NCBI GenBank assembly: GCA_048128005.1
Contig: JBEUKZ010000112.1
Coordinates: 62,001 to 126,000 of the forward strand
Reading direction: 5' to 3'
Length of the DNA stretch: 64,000 nt
Source of the DNA: Veleropilina oligotropha
Taxonomy: Eukaryota
The position numbers were made by a program, and so were the translations under genes. This document shows, piece by piece, positions 24,886 to 38,400 of this stretch (positions are counted from its first letter, which is position 1; each line of letters starts with the position of its first letter). The notes under the pieces were generated by a model, which was not told the DNA's origin, did not search any database, and worked only from the letters and a program-made list of their open reading frames with translations.

Positions 24886-25115
24886 ATATTATATATAGTG
24901 CAACATGCATTACAGTCAAGAAGATCTAAATAGATAGAGATGTACAATATAGTACATAACATGCATTGCATTCAAGAAGATCTACACGGATATAGATGCA
25001 CTATATATAGACATTATAGTACATGCGTGCACAGTTAAGCAGACCTAATGATGTTGCCCGGCACCGCCACTAGGAGGCATGTCTATTGTCAAACTTTGCG
25101 GATATCAGTTATGCA

Positions 25116-25803
25116 TATAGAGGATCTCACATGAGTGGTGGTGTAATATCACATTTATGAAACGAGTTTAACTAATTTTCATATTTTCCGAGGCTTTGCC
25201 GAGGAAAATATGAAAATTAGTTAAACGAGTTTCATAAATGTGATATTACACCACCACGAATGTGATGTTCTATTTATCACATGTCTGTTTATGATAAAAT
25301 TAATTTAAAACAATTCACAACTTCGCTATTAGAAAGTAGCGACGTTGACACTACGGCGCATTGTAAGTAAGATGGAATGACGTCATACTCACGCAATACA
25401 AAAATAGTGAAATTTGCTACGAAATACAATGTTTACGTGTTTGTAAAAGTATAATTAAAGATTAAAAAGCAAATATGTGAAGATAAAATGCTAAAATTTT
25501 ATATATGTTATCTAAAGGAAAAAGAATAATGAATATTATTTGTGCTTAAAATTTACAACGATAGTCTAAACATCTATGTGCGACACGTTATCGTCGATTA
25601 CGTTTTGGATTGAGTTTGACCAAAATCGTTTCTATATAAGGCAATTTTTCGGATGACGTTACGTCACTTGCGTTTTCATTGGTTACTTTAAGGTCTCTTT
25701 GTAAACAGCCAATCGCATTTCGATATGATTTTGAGACACGTGTATTACGACGAATAATACACAGTGCTGCACTATGAGAAAATGACCAAGACATGTGATA
25801 AAT
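25116..25803. mobile_element. Non-autonomous fold-back element (possibly Crypton-like)
   Basis: ~123-bp palindrome at 25135-25257; ATTTATCACATGTCT at about 25272 recurs inverted at 25789-25803. Confidence 0.6.
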
Positions 25804-26129
25804 TATTATATTATATTTGTACAAAATATTTGTAAGATAAATATATGTGTATATATAAGCATATATTAAGTATTGAAAGAAATAATGCATATTCAAGTTG
25901 TAGAAATCTGCAAAACTTGACCAGTGCCATATACACACAATACCAATGCATACACTAATGGCTACATTAATGACATACAAAAGCATAGTTACCTTTTCAA
26001 ATATTTCCTGGAATTTTCATGTAATCTTCATCTTCTTGTTAAAATTAGCAATGTCGGAATGATCGATTGATCCATAGTTGTAAAAAAAGATCATTTGCGC
26101 AAATTATCAGGAAAGCAAATTATCGAAAA

Positions 26130-27535
26130 TTGTACTTTGAGCAACAGATCACATGACCTTAGGCCTATATTGATGTCAAAAGCATCCTCTCTTCATACAC
26201 AATCCGTAAATATTCCAAATATGAGCGCGATTGCCCAATATGCACGGTAGATATTATACAGAAACCAAATGACCAAAATTCTATTTTTAGACAGATCACA
26301 TGACCTTTAAAATATTGACTTTCAAATATACAATTCAAAGCATCATTTCCTCATACTTCATACACAACCTGCCTATGAGCTTGACCATGACCATTCAATA
26401 TGAACAGTAGTTATTTCCCTGTGCCCTGAATGCAAATCGCAATCAAAATTCGGGAAAATTATATTTTTAGCAACAAGTCACGTGACCTTTGGCGTACAGA
26501 CCTGAAAAGCAATCTCTCCTCTCCTCATAAGCAACCTGTGTACCAAATATGAGCATAATCGCTCAAAGGAAATGGTAGTTATCGTCTGGAAACCAAATCT
26601 GAGTCAAAATTCTATTTTTAGTCGCAGATCACATGACCTTTGGCGTACCGACCTGAAAAGCAATCCCAAGGGACCACTCCTCATAACCAACCCGTGTACC
26701 AAATATGAGCATAATCGCTGAAAGGAAACGTTAGTTATCATCTGGAAACTAAATCTGAGTCAAAATTCTATTTTTAGTCGCAGATCACATGACCTTCGGC
26801 ATACCGACCTGAAAAGCAATCCCAAGGGACCTCTCCTCATAACCAACCCGTGTACCAAATATGAGCATAATCGCTGAAAGGAAACGTTAGTTATCGTCTG
26901 GAAACCAAATCTGAGTCAAAATTCTATTTTTAGTCGCAGATCACATGACCTTTGGCGTACCGACCTAAAAAGCAATCCCAAGGGACCTCTCCTCATAAGC
27001 AACCCGAGTACCAAATATGAGCATAATCACTCAAAGGAAACAGTAGTTATCGTCTGGAAACCAAATCTGAGTCAAAATTCTATTTTTATCGCAGATCACA
27101 TGACCTTTGGCGTACCGCCCTGAAAAGCAATCCCAAGGGACCTCTCCTCATAAGCAACCTGTGTACCAAATATGAGCATAATCGCTCAAAGGAAACGGTA
27201 GTTATGGTCTGGAAACCAAATCTGAGTCAAAATTCTATATTTAGTCGCAGATCACATGACCTTTGGCGTGCCGCCCTGAAAAGCAATCCCAAGGGACCTC
27301 TCCTCATAAGCAACCCGTGTACCAAATATGAGCATAATCACTCAAAGGAAACGGTAGTTATGGTCTGGAAACCAAATCTGAGTCAAAATTCTATATTTAG
27401 TCGCAGATCACATGACCTTTGGCGTGCCGCCCTGAAAAGCAATCCCAAGGGACCTCTCCTCATAAGCAACCTGTGTACCAAATATGAGCATAATCGCTCA
27501 AAGGAAACGGTAGTTATCGTCCGGAAACCAAAGTG
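26130..27535. repeat. 159-bp tandem satellite at the Helentron 5' end (about 7 conserved plus 2 degenerate units)
   Basis: Repeated CAGATCACATGACCTTTGGCG...GTACCAAATATGAGCATAATC...GGAAACCAAATCTGAGTC. Confidence 0.93.
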
Positions 27536-28563
27536 TGACAGACAGACGGACGGACAGACGGACGATACAAAAACAGTATGTCTCCCCACAGGGATGGGGA
27601 GACATAATTATTGATTGATTAAAATCTAATTTTTCTAATACCCACTAGAATTCAATAGGTCTTCTTTATAATATTCATTATTTTTTGTTTCAAGAATTCA
27701 TTTTTTCGATATCAAGAATTGCATTTTTAATAATAATAATTCAATCTCTTATAATTAATGAGCACCACCAATTAATGAAATACTAATTATAGTATATTTT
27801 TAAATCAATAATTGACTTCTTGATATCTCAAAATCGATATCAAATTCGCTATCTACATCAAATGAGTTCTACGGGATCTTTATTTATATCTATTAAAATT
27901 GGAATAAAATTATACAATCGTTCTTATATAATTATTTTTTGGAGACAAACAAATAATCATCTGGGAGGACGTTGCGAAAAATTCGGATGCGTGTCTGAAC
28001 CTTCGGCTGTAATTAATATCGGTGCGAGATTGAATGCTGGTGCAATTTTCGTCGTCTGCTGGAAATGGATTCTACGGTAAACAAGACGTAACGTAAACAC
28101 AGCATAAAATATACGAAATGTTGTGCAATATTTACAAATCATGCAGTCCTTATATCCAAAACGTAAAGACAACACGGTTCATTCGTTGTATCAACTGATT
28201 GTATGTGTTTGCGATTCGTTTATCATTATATGGACTTTGCCTAGCGCTGAGTTAAAAGCCTGGGTAGGCCTAAGTACGGCTAGTGCGCTGTAGTTGCGAT
28301 AAATCGAGGACAGGTATATTATAGGCCTATATATATGATATAGTCAGTGGTCATCGCAAAACAATGTAACATCTAACGTTCGAGGGCTAGTAGTTTACTA
28401 GTATACATATTCACTTCATTATGATCTCAAAACCCATCTATTTACACGGTAACCAGGGTGATAGGCCTAGGCCTATACATCGAAACACGTTACACTTTTC
28501 CTTCATAAGAATTACAAAAATGTAACATTGTATCATTTTTCAAAAGTATACCATTCCAACACT

Positions 28564-28768
28564 GGGGCACTTGCAGTTTAAGGGTCCCCAGTATAAGGTT
28601 AGCAAACCCTGCTTACTAATACACTGACCGTAATGCCCATAGAATATTCTCCTAAACCCTAATGCCCATATTGTATGGCAATGTCCGTAAATCGTGTCCA
28701 AATTGGATATTGATCAAGGGTATATGAACGAATAGTAAAATGGAGACCCTTAAACTGCAAACTACCCC
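28564..28768. mobile_element. MITE with ~27-bp TIR
   Basis: GGGGCACTTGCAGTTTAAGGGTCCCCA / TGGAGACCCTTAAACTGCAAACTACCCC; direct repeat CAACACT on both sides. Confidence 0.85.
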
Positions 28769-29490
28769 CAACACTTTACAACATTATTAAATTTTACATA
28801 CATTTTCACATTGTGTTTTTCATTGCATAATTTAATGAGTCTACATATAGTTAATTGTAGAAAAATGTAGAATACAAAAAGTGGATTTTAGGAGTAGCCG
28901 TATTGACAGCGAATTTGTCATCATAAGTATTGATCCAATGAAGGATTTAATGTGTATCGTTGATTCGGGGAAGTATTTGCAGCATAGATTGAGTTATAAT
29001 GTACATGCCAGCCCCTCAAACTGCCTAGGATGAAGCACCTGTCTCCCGCTATACTTGGATGTATGTTCACTTCATTTCTTATGTTCTCAGAATATGTAAA
29101 TTGTTCAAAAATAACTCTCTAAATCAAGTCTTTCAACCTCAAGATTGCAGGTGAACCATCTCACATATATAAATGACAATTGAGAAATAATAAACATTTT
29201 ATTCCCTGTGAAAGTGGACCGTCGAGTCACGATGTGGCATCTCAAAAGCTTGGAACATATATTAAGTCAATAGTATAAATAGCAGTGTCATTTATTGAAA
29301 ATATGATATCTATAAACTGCATCGAAAATGTAATTAAATATTTACATTCATTACGGTTAAGCACAACATGTTACATATATCACACAAAACTTTATTTTCA
29401 GATATTTGCTGTTTGGGTAAATCAAAGCAGCCTATAGCCGCTAAGCGATTCAATATTTCAACACGAAATTCTACAATCTGGCTGTGACAG

Positions 29491-32400
29491 ATGGAGAACA
29501 AAACGGGAAACAATTCGTCAGTTCCTGACGCTGATCCGCCCAACCTATCAACGGAAGCCATTCCAATTCTCAAAGCTACAGCCATTGTACAAACTGTCGA
29601 GAATAAAACTGACGAAACCTCGGGCCAAGGTAGCAAATAGTAGAATGTTTTATCAATTCTAATGTGACATACATATTGCATCATTATGACCAATCATCAC
29701 AATAATACATTAGTAGTAATGGTATCACCGTCACTCAGGGTCCGTGGTAGCTAGCCTGCTATCCGGAAATTATCAAATATCATACGCCTGGTAATTCTAA
29801 ATTTCCATGATGCTAAATTTTGGAAAACGTCACCATATAATTCAACCTGTGAAGACATATTTTTTAAGAATAATATGTCAAACATCTACATACAGTATAT
29901 ATAATTGTTAATTTTCGTTATAATTTTTTGCAAGGTGACACCAGTAACCTCAGCAAGGAGCAATTTCTAAAGATAAAAATAAAACTGGAAGATGAAGATT
30001 TGTTTGTTGCTAAGCCAAAGAAGACCCACATGGTCCTCGCTGCAGATTGCAGTGGTTCAATGTCTGGAACTCCATGGAATCAGGTGAATGCAGTCATCTA
30101 CAGCTCACCCTGCTACTAGATTCAATAATCATTACTGCGTCATTATCGTACAAAAACTATTATATATTAAAATTTTATATACGCTCGGTATGACACCAAT
30201 ACTAAAATTTTACAACACTTAAATTATTGAGGATGTTAACTAGAAAGCCGTATGGCTATTTTAGCATCCTACACAAATCATATATTTATAAACAATGAAC
30301 TCGATTCTTATACATGTATATACTGTACTTAACTTTCATTTTCTACTACATATTTAAAAATTCCATCTTGTATAATATCAAGTTTTGTACAACATTTGGA
30401 ATATGTGTGAATAAAATTTGTCTCTTGTCATTAGCTGAGAAATTAGAAGAATGGATGGGAGATGCTCAGCGAAAGTGTGCAATAATTGGATTTAGTAAAT
30501 TTTTACAAAACAGAACTACATGTATGCAGACCAAAAATCTTACTGTATTTTCCTGAATGACCATTTAATATGCAATACAATTTATTAGGGGAAGAATATT
30601 CAGAGCGTCTAACTTTTATTCTAATAGTGTGGGAGAGACAGAGAAGACCATGTGTTCTAAGTTTTTAGTTGTGAACTCATTGAATGAAAATTTGGAGAAA
30701 TTTTTCTGCAAGTGAATTAATGAATAAAGAGAAATACTGTTTTAACAGCACCTGCACTCTGCACTGAGCTGGCAACAGTAATGTGAGCATGCATGGGGAA
30801 GAACTTAAACAATTCAAATCAAATCTTATCAATTTAACTGAATATAAATAAGTCACTTATTGCCATTAGTGCCTTACTTCTGTGTTTTATTTTCAGGTAA
30901 AATCAGCGATACTTTATATTTTGTCGCAGAGTGTGACCAACGAGAATGTTGTTGTTGATATAATTACCTACAACAATGCGGCTCAGCAGGTCACATACAC
31001 CAAGAACGATTATGAACGAACCATCAATGCGCTGCAAGCAGGCGGAACAACAAGCTTCGTGGCAGCATTCCAAAAAATTGATAGCGTACTGTCTAAGAGA
31101 AAAGGTATGCAGCAGCATGAAACGTGATTTAGATGATTTATGCCATTGATGATGCATTGATGGATGAAATTTTGATTTATCACAACAGCCTTTATTCAGC
31201 TTTAAATCTAGCAAGAGAATGTTGACTAATGAAATTAAATGTCACTGTGTGCAAAACGTCCACAAACACAGAAAAATACATGAGTTTAAATTACCGACAA
31301 AGACCATTGATATTGTGGGTCAGCATCTTATGTAATAGCTTTTCTGCCAAGCCATCAAGACTAATTTGGATGGCAGATAGAATATTATTTATTAATTGTA
31401 TCCTGGATAAGAATTAGGGGGATACTATACGACGTCCGGTGAAATTTCTTAGGCATGCTCTACAGTCAACAGTTGTAATCAGAATTGCGTCAAATTTGTT
31501 ATACATTTTGGTTATGATGAGGTCACAACCCTAAATGATTTTGGTCATTTTCTCATTCAATATGGCCACCGTGGGAGACTCGGAGGATGCACCTCCTCGA
31601 GATGTGGGCCTGACGAGTTTGCTAGTTTTATTACATTTGAATGAAATATTTATATATCTTTTTTATAAAACAGACATGGAACAGCGTTCAGTGATCTTTC
31701 TAACGGACGGACAGGATACCGTACGTGCCTCCATCAATGAACTTTGGGAAAAGCAAAATGATTTCGCTAAGCATATACAGAAGGCATATAAGCCAATCAC
31801 GATTCACTCTGTAGGATTCACTAAAGGTAGGTGTGAGTATGTGAAATTGTTAAGTAAGTAAGAATACTTTGAAATGGTCGGAGGGGAATTAGTAGTACCG
31901 ATATGCAAAATTATTGAAGAAAAATCTGAAAGTATTGTGGTCTTCAAATATGCCACAATGACACACACAACATGATCCTGGTTGTTTGCTGCGATATAAT
32001 AACATTTCTTTTCATTTCTGTATGATTTTTTATGATCAAAAGTGGAACATCATTAAGTTTATTGAACTGGTTTAGCTACACCTGTGGGATTCAAAATTAA
32101 TGTCATTTCTAGGCAGCAATACTATCATGGTATACTTAGTCCATACTATCCCTATTATCAACATTTTATGATTATATATATAATAAACATTGAATACTGA
32201 CATTTAGTTTCGTGCATTGTTACCTTGCCTGCCACGACGGACACCTGGAGAATGGCTTATAAACTGGTTTATTTACTGTAAAGACACATGTGCGAATCTC
32301 GGCACTCGCCAGACACACCATGGGCCAATCAAAACCGTCGACTAGACAAGAAGAGAGAGACAGTGATGTTCATTGGTTAACTGCACAAATTCAACTATGT

Positions 32401-35400
32401 GGGAATATTCAAATACAGAATATGCATACATTTACATACTGTAAAACTCCATATTTTAGCGTGCCTTTTAGTTTCGCGAGTTTCGCGTATCTAATATTAT
32501 CGCGAAAATAAAAGGCCGCGAAATATTTTATGGAATAAAGCTCAATTAACATATGGATTAAAAATCGCTAATTTACAAGGCCGCTAATATACAGGTATAT
32601 AAGAAATCGCTAAATTTTATGGCTGCTAAAATATAGGGTTTTACAGTAATTGTCTCCCTCAGATCGTCGAGTGTTCGTTGGTCTATCGATCCTTATATAC
32701 ACATTCTAATTTTGATTTCAGAACATGACTATAAGTTTCTGGATGCGTTGACAAATGCGGGGAATTCAAGAGGCATGTTCCGCTACTGTGAGCCCGCCGA
32801 CGGTGTGCAATCACTAAAGACAAAAATCGAGGAATTGTTCGACTTTGTCTTTGATAGGTAAATTATATCAATGACTTATTGTTCTTCATCAAATGACAAG
32901 CATAAGCAATCATGGAATTCTCGTTTCACAAATCTGCCATTTCAAAATAGGGATCAGGATAGATGAGTATATAACGATCTGTGTATTTCTGTATTGAAAT
33001 GTCCATTTAGGATAAGATTGAAGTATGTAATTCATTCCATTTGTTGCATGCAGATTAGTACAAAGGGTGGAAATGGAAGTGTCAATAGATTTCCCAAATA
33101 AAATGGTGTCTTCTGATAACCTGTTACCATCTACAGCTGTTGAAGGGGAGATAATCATTGAAGAAACTGCAATGGAAGTAGACACAATGGATCAAAAACA
33201 TAGTGAGTTCACACTGAAATAATAGTATATTTAAGTTACAAATTACTTTGAATTTATTCTTGTTGATAAGTCATTTCACATTTTGCTATATTTACAAAAA
33301 CGGTCATCAATATATTATTAAATGTTATTCTGCCATATTTTGCTCTCTTTGTTATTGGTCGCTCCGATAGCAAAGTGGATAAGATGTGGACTCTGGATTC
33401 ACTCCCTTGATGCTCTGTCTAACAGGAGTGGGTTCGAATCCTCCTTATTCAGTTAATTAGCAGTCACAATTGTCCATAACTGGCGGTGACAGCGGGTTTT
33501 CCCGAGCGACTGGTCTTTCATTCCACGATAATATGGACATGTTATGTAACGGTTATCTATATAGGGAGTGCATATATATTTGTGTTCATTGTTTCAGACC
33601 AAGTATCTTTACAGAGCGAGGCTTGGATTTTTATGCCTGATCCATCCATTTTGCCCAGTCTTACCATTGCCTTCTCCATGGATACAGTGAGACTTCTCCA
33701 TATAATCTCTGAAATGAGTAAAAGCACCTTTGAAAAATATATTATATGTTGAAATATATATATTATTTTCTCAATTTAATATTATCTTTTATGTAAAATA
33801 TTTCATAGCCTTGAATACTTTTAATGTTATTAAAATGCCATTCTGAAAAAAAACCTGTGCTTGAAATGATAAAGTAGAACAAATCTTAGAATAATAGTTA
33901 ATTATTAGTTGTGTACATTTCTTATTTTACAGAAATTTGGAAGGGTTCCTTTTAACTGTGAAGTGAACACAATTCAGAGAGAAGTACTTGTTTCTACAGA
34001 TGACAGGGCGATATTTGCAATGAAGATTTTATCCAGAAACACTGATATTTTGACAACAAAATTGGCAGACACAATTTCAACAAAAGGGGGTAAATTAGGA
34101 AATCTAATTTGTACCACAAACCTAGAGGTCATGGGTTGATCTTCGGCTTTGTGCCATGAGTTCTACCCTCAAATATAACTGTCTACATTGCACACAGTGT
34201 CAATTCATTTCATCAGTTGTTGGAGTGGTTTTTAAATGTAAATTCGCCATTGAAGCAGTGATTGACGCAATAATGAATATTGACTTTAAATAACACGATG
34301 AAGTCATTAACAGTTGTTTAAATGAATGAAATGATGATCTTGCATAGTATGATAAGTTTAAAATATATTATAACAGTTCATTATAGTGTACATAACATAA
34401 CATAACATAACAGGCTTGATTTGCATGCATCTATTTCATGTGTTTTTTCACTTAATTCCTGTAGTAATTTAAATTATGTGGTATACTTTAGATGTTGCTC
34501 CATTGCAAAGGAGACTTGATAACCTACAGAATCGCGTCTCTGGTACAAAAGTATTTGGCAGTGGCATCAGCAAAAGTCTCCGCTCCACAATGTTAGAATA
34601 CATCAAAGAAACTCAATCTAAGGTGAGAATTGATATCTGGTTACGAGTGTTGTCGATATAATTTAAATTGCAATAGATTTATTATATAACTGCATGACAG
34701 CTCGTGTTATATTTGTTCATTTTATTATTGCAAATTTTTGTTCTTGTAGATTAATTTGATGCATTCAATGTCAGCTACCTACGTACGAGGTGAAACACAG
34801 TCGGTCTCGATGTTAGCTCGAGCCAATGACTTGCGTTATGCGGCTCAGGTAGAATTTAGGCAACACGATTCCATTTTGAAACATCACATATTTTTATACG
34901 CCCATTTACGGGACGTATTATGTTTTCACCCACATTGGGCGAGCGGGCGGTTGGGCGGGCGGGGGGATAGAAGTTGTCCGCTCAATAACTGGAGTAATTT
35001 TCATCCAATCTTGACCAAACTTGGTAAAGATGTTTCTAGCGATAATATCTAGGTCAAGTTCGATAGCCATGCAGCGTTGTCGGACCATTTGAACTAGAGT
35101 TATGGCCCTTGCAATATGCAAAATTGCCAAAATACACAGTGTCCGCTCAAGAAGTTGAGCAATTTGTATTCCTTCTTCACCAAACTTGGTAAAGATGTTT
35201 GTAGCGATAATATCTAGGTCAAGTTCGGCAGCAAACAATTTGCTCATTACATCAATAGAACATTGAGACGGGCGTATATTGTGACCTGGCACTCTTGTTA
35301 ACATTTATATTATTGTCCCCCGCCGCGAGGCGGACGGGGGACATAGTATTCACGTCCGTCCGTCCTTCCGTCCGTCCGTGCATCCGTGTTTCCGTCCCGG

Positions 35401-38400
35401 ATTTTTCTGTCATCTTTTTTTGTCATTTAGAGAAATGGTAGCTTTCCGAAACTTTACAGGTCAATTAACCACATCATTGAGTAGATCAAGTTCGAATATT
35501 GGAAATTTATTATGAAAACTTATGATTTTTGGCAACTTTTTGACTATTTTGAACATAGTCTCTGGAAGCATGGATGTGGTCAATTTTCCGTCAACAATTT
35601 TTTACATTTAGAGAAATGCTAGCTTTCCGAAACTTTACAGGTCAACTAACCACATCATTGGGTAGATCAAGTTCGAATATTTGGAATTTATTTTAAAACG
35701 TTATGTTTTTATTGCAACTTTTCGGCGATTTTGAACATAGTCTCTGCAAGCATGGGTGTGGTCAATTTTATCACAACAATTTTTTACATTTAGAGAAATG
35801 CTAGCTTTGCAAAACTTTACAGATCAACAAATCACATCATGGGGTAGATCAAGTTCGATTATTGAGAATTTATTTTAAAAATTGAATATAATTTTTGACA
35901 ACTTTGGACTTAAATTTGTACCCAAAACTCACTAAATTATTTTTCCTTTACAGACTTGTTTCATTTTCAGAGATGCTAGCTTTCTGAAGCTTTACAGATC
36001 AATTAACCCCATCATGGGGTAGATCAGGTTCAAATATTGGGGATTTTTTGAAACCTTGATTTATTGCTGACTTTTGCCGATTTAAAACATAGTCTTTGGA
36101 TGTATGAAATTTATCAATTTTCTCTAAACTAAATTTTCCTTTTAGAGAAATATTAGCTTTCCGAAACTTCACAGATCAACTAACCACATAATGGGATGGA
36201 TAAAGTTTAGAATAATGAAAATTATTTAATTTATATTTACACTTAGTCTATCTATCTCTTTAGCCTCTGATGGCAGGAAATCTTTCTTAATTCTCATTGA
36301 GTTACTGATACACAGCGTGCAAAAATATATATGCGGTCAATAATACGGGCGGGGGACAATCGCCACTTAGTGGCAATCACTTGTTTTAATTTTAATGTAT
36401 GCTTTGTGGGAAGATCGTAATGATCAATGATCAGTTGTCATAATGATGCAATCAAACATCGTTGTCAACCTCAGATAATTGAAAAAACAGCCAGAGAAAT
36501 GTGCAATAACATAATTTATCTATTATATTAATGCATTATTATATATACATACCGTGAGCTTGATATCTGAACAATAAGCCTCATAGCGCCAGGTGCTCCA
36601 TTTTTTCAGGTAGTTTCCCAGACAATTACATAAACTCGGGTCCCTCAGCAGTTGGCCTTAACAAAGGATATGACAAGGTGCCTATCAGGCTGAACAGATT
36701 GAGACGTAAAACTGTGGATCCGTATTATGATACATCTAAATTGTTAAAGGTGTCAAAAGACAAATAGTGCAAATCAAACATCTTTTAAATAATGTTATTG
36801 ATATTGGTATATTTAATTTTTATAATAGATGAAAAAATGTTCCTATCATTTTCAGTTCAGTAAAGACCGACGACAAAGACTTATGGATAAACGAGTCGGC
36901 AAAAATGTGACACAAAGTCGGCTTGCTCAAAAAGAACTCAGTAGCCTGGATGTAGATAAGGACGAGATTAACCGATTGTCACAGGAATGCACTGACTTCT
37001 ACTTCTGTGTGATGTCTCAGAACTCTATCAGGGATCTGCTTTTAAGCAAAGAAGAGACGGAAGATGTTATGGGCTTTGGAATCGCGGTAAAGAGACCAGA
37101 ATTTGTACTTGATGATCCAACATCCGTGAGTCTTTGCCCACAAATTTCAATTTAGAGATTATAATTGTAGTCCCAGCTGGTATACAGGCTTTATTCTACA
37201 ATTTTCACTTTAATTTATGAGCAAATAATATAGGAGTCAACCATCTGGGGCCACCGCAACAAAAACTTGTTACCGAGGCCTCTGTTTGTGGCTAACAGCA
37301 TTCGGGTAACCGCATCGGTGACAAACTTGAAATTGTGACTGCAAGAAAGCCCCATGATTGTGAAACGTTGGTAGAGATCTGTTAGCGCTAACCGTAGCAA
37401 TCTTACGACAGATGCAACAAAACACGATTCATGTTAGCAGGGTCTGATTATGACCTGGTTGCATTCATTTGAAATTTGCGACGCTCCCTGAAAGATATTG
37501 CGTAACTTTCTCGTTAAGTCACGTGAATATACTCTTTTTTGTAAACAGGAATATCGACGAAAGGAATTTATTTTTTCCAGCGACACTGGTATACAATATC
37601 ATTCCCCAGGAGCTGGTAGAAGGTAAATATAATAATCAACATATTGATACAGCTAATCTAGAATATTAAGTAATTGGTCATTTATGAAAGCTCTGGAATC
37701 TCAACCCTATGGAATATATTATGTAAACAAGTAGAGATTGAAAACGTTTTATTCATTAAATATTTATCTTGCTTTCGATGGAAACATGTCAGTCATTGTG
37801 ATTCATATCTTGATGTGGCGGGTTGTTTTCAATTCACCAAATATTCTCAGAATTGAAGTATCTGGATTTTCTTCAAATTTTGAATTTAGGGTGTCCCAAT
37901 ATAATGAGTTAAACTGAACATTAAAATATTACTCAACCCAACTCCGATTCATGTCATTTCTATTTTATTCCAAAGGGATCGACGTCGGCTTTAGCTGTGA
38001 TCGTATATAACAGCGGCAAAAAGCAACCAAGCACAAGTCACTGCAACGATCGTCGCTGAAGTTATAGAAGATAAGTGCCATCAGCAGACGCCTCCTACCG
38101 CCACAACAAAGGGATGCAGAGCCGATCTGGGTAGAAATTTGTGCATCGAAAATCTAAATCAGCAGCGCGGGTTACATCATCAAGCACATATTAGGAGAAA
38201 ATGATTTTGATCGAAGAAAGAAAATTAATGTTCCAACGAAAGATGTTTCTATTGAAGAAGGAACATTATGCAAGGAAAGGAGAATATTATTCACATGAAT
38301 TGGCAATATTCAGAGAAGTAATGAATGAGTGCATCCAAATGTTTCGAAAGGCATTAAGGCGGTATGCAATTCTGACAACAGCACGCCATCGTGTCATCAA

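Larger units (their letters stand above)
9797..27608 (-). mobile_element. Full-length Helentron (Helitron2) with nested insertions
   Basis: 5' end on minus strand TTATGTCTCCCCA-TCCCTG-TGGGGAGACATA (27577-27607), then (GTCY)n and a satellite; 3' end GGGGAGACAT (9829-9838) followed by hairpin TGTTATTGT-GG-ACAATAACA (9806-9825); Rep, helicase and endonuclease lie between. Confidence 0.82.

Noticed and set aside
26130..27535. CRISPR-like regular repeats
   Set aside because: Contiguous monomers without unique spacers, no cas genes, eukaryotic context
27204..27614. 136-aa repeated ORF (also 60351-60761)
   Set aside because: The 159-bp unit is divisible by three, so an open frame arises by chance
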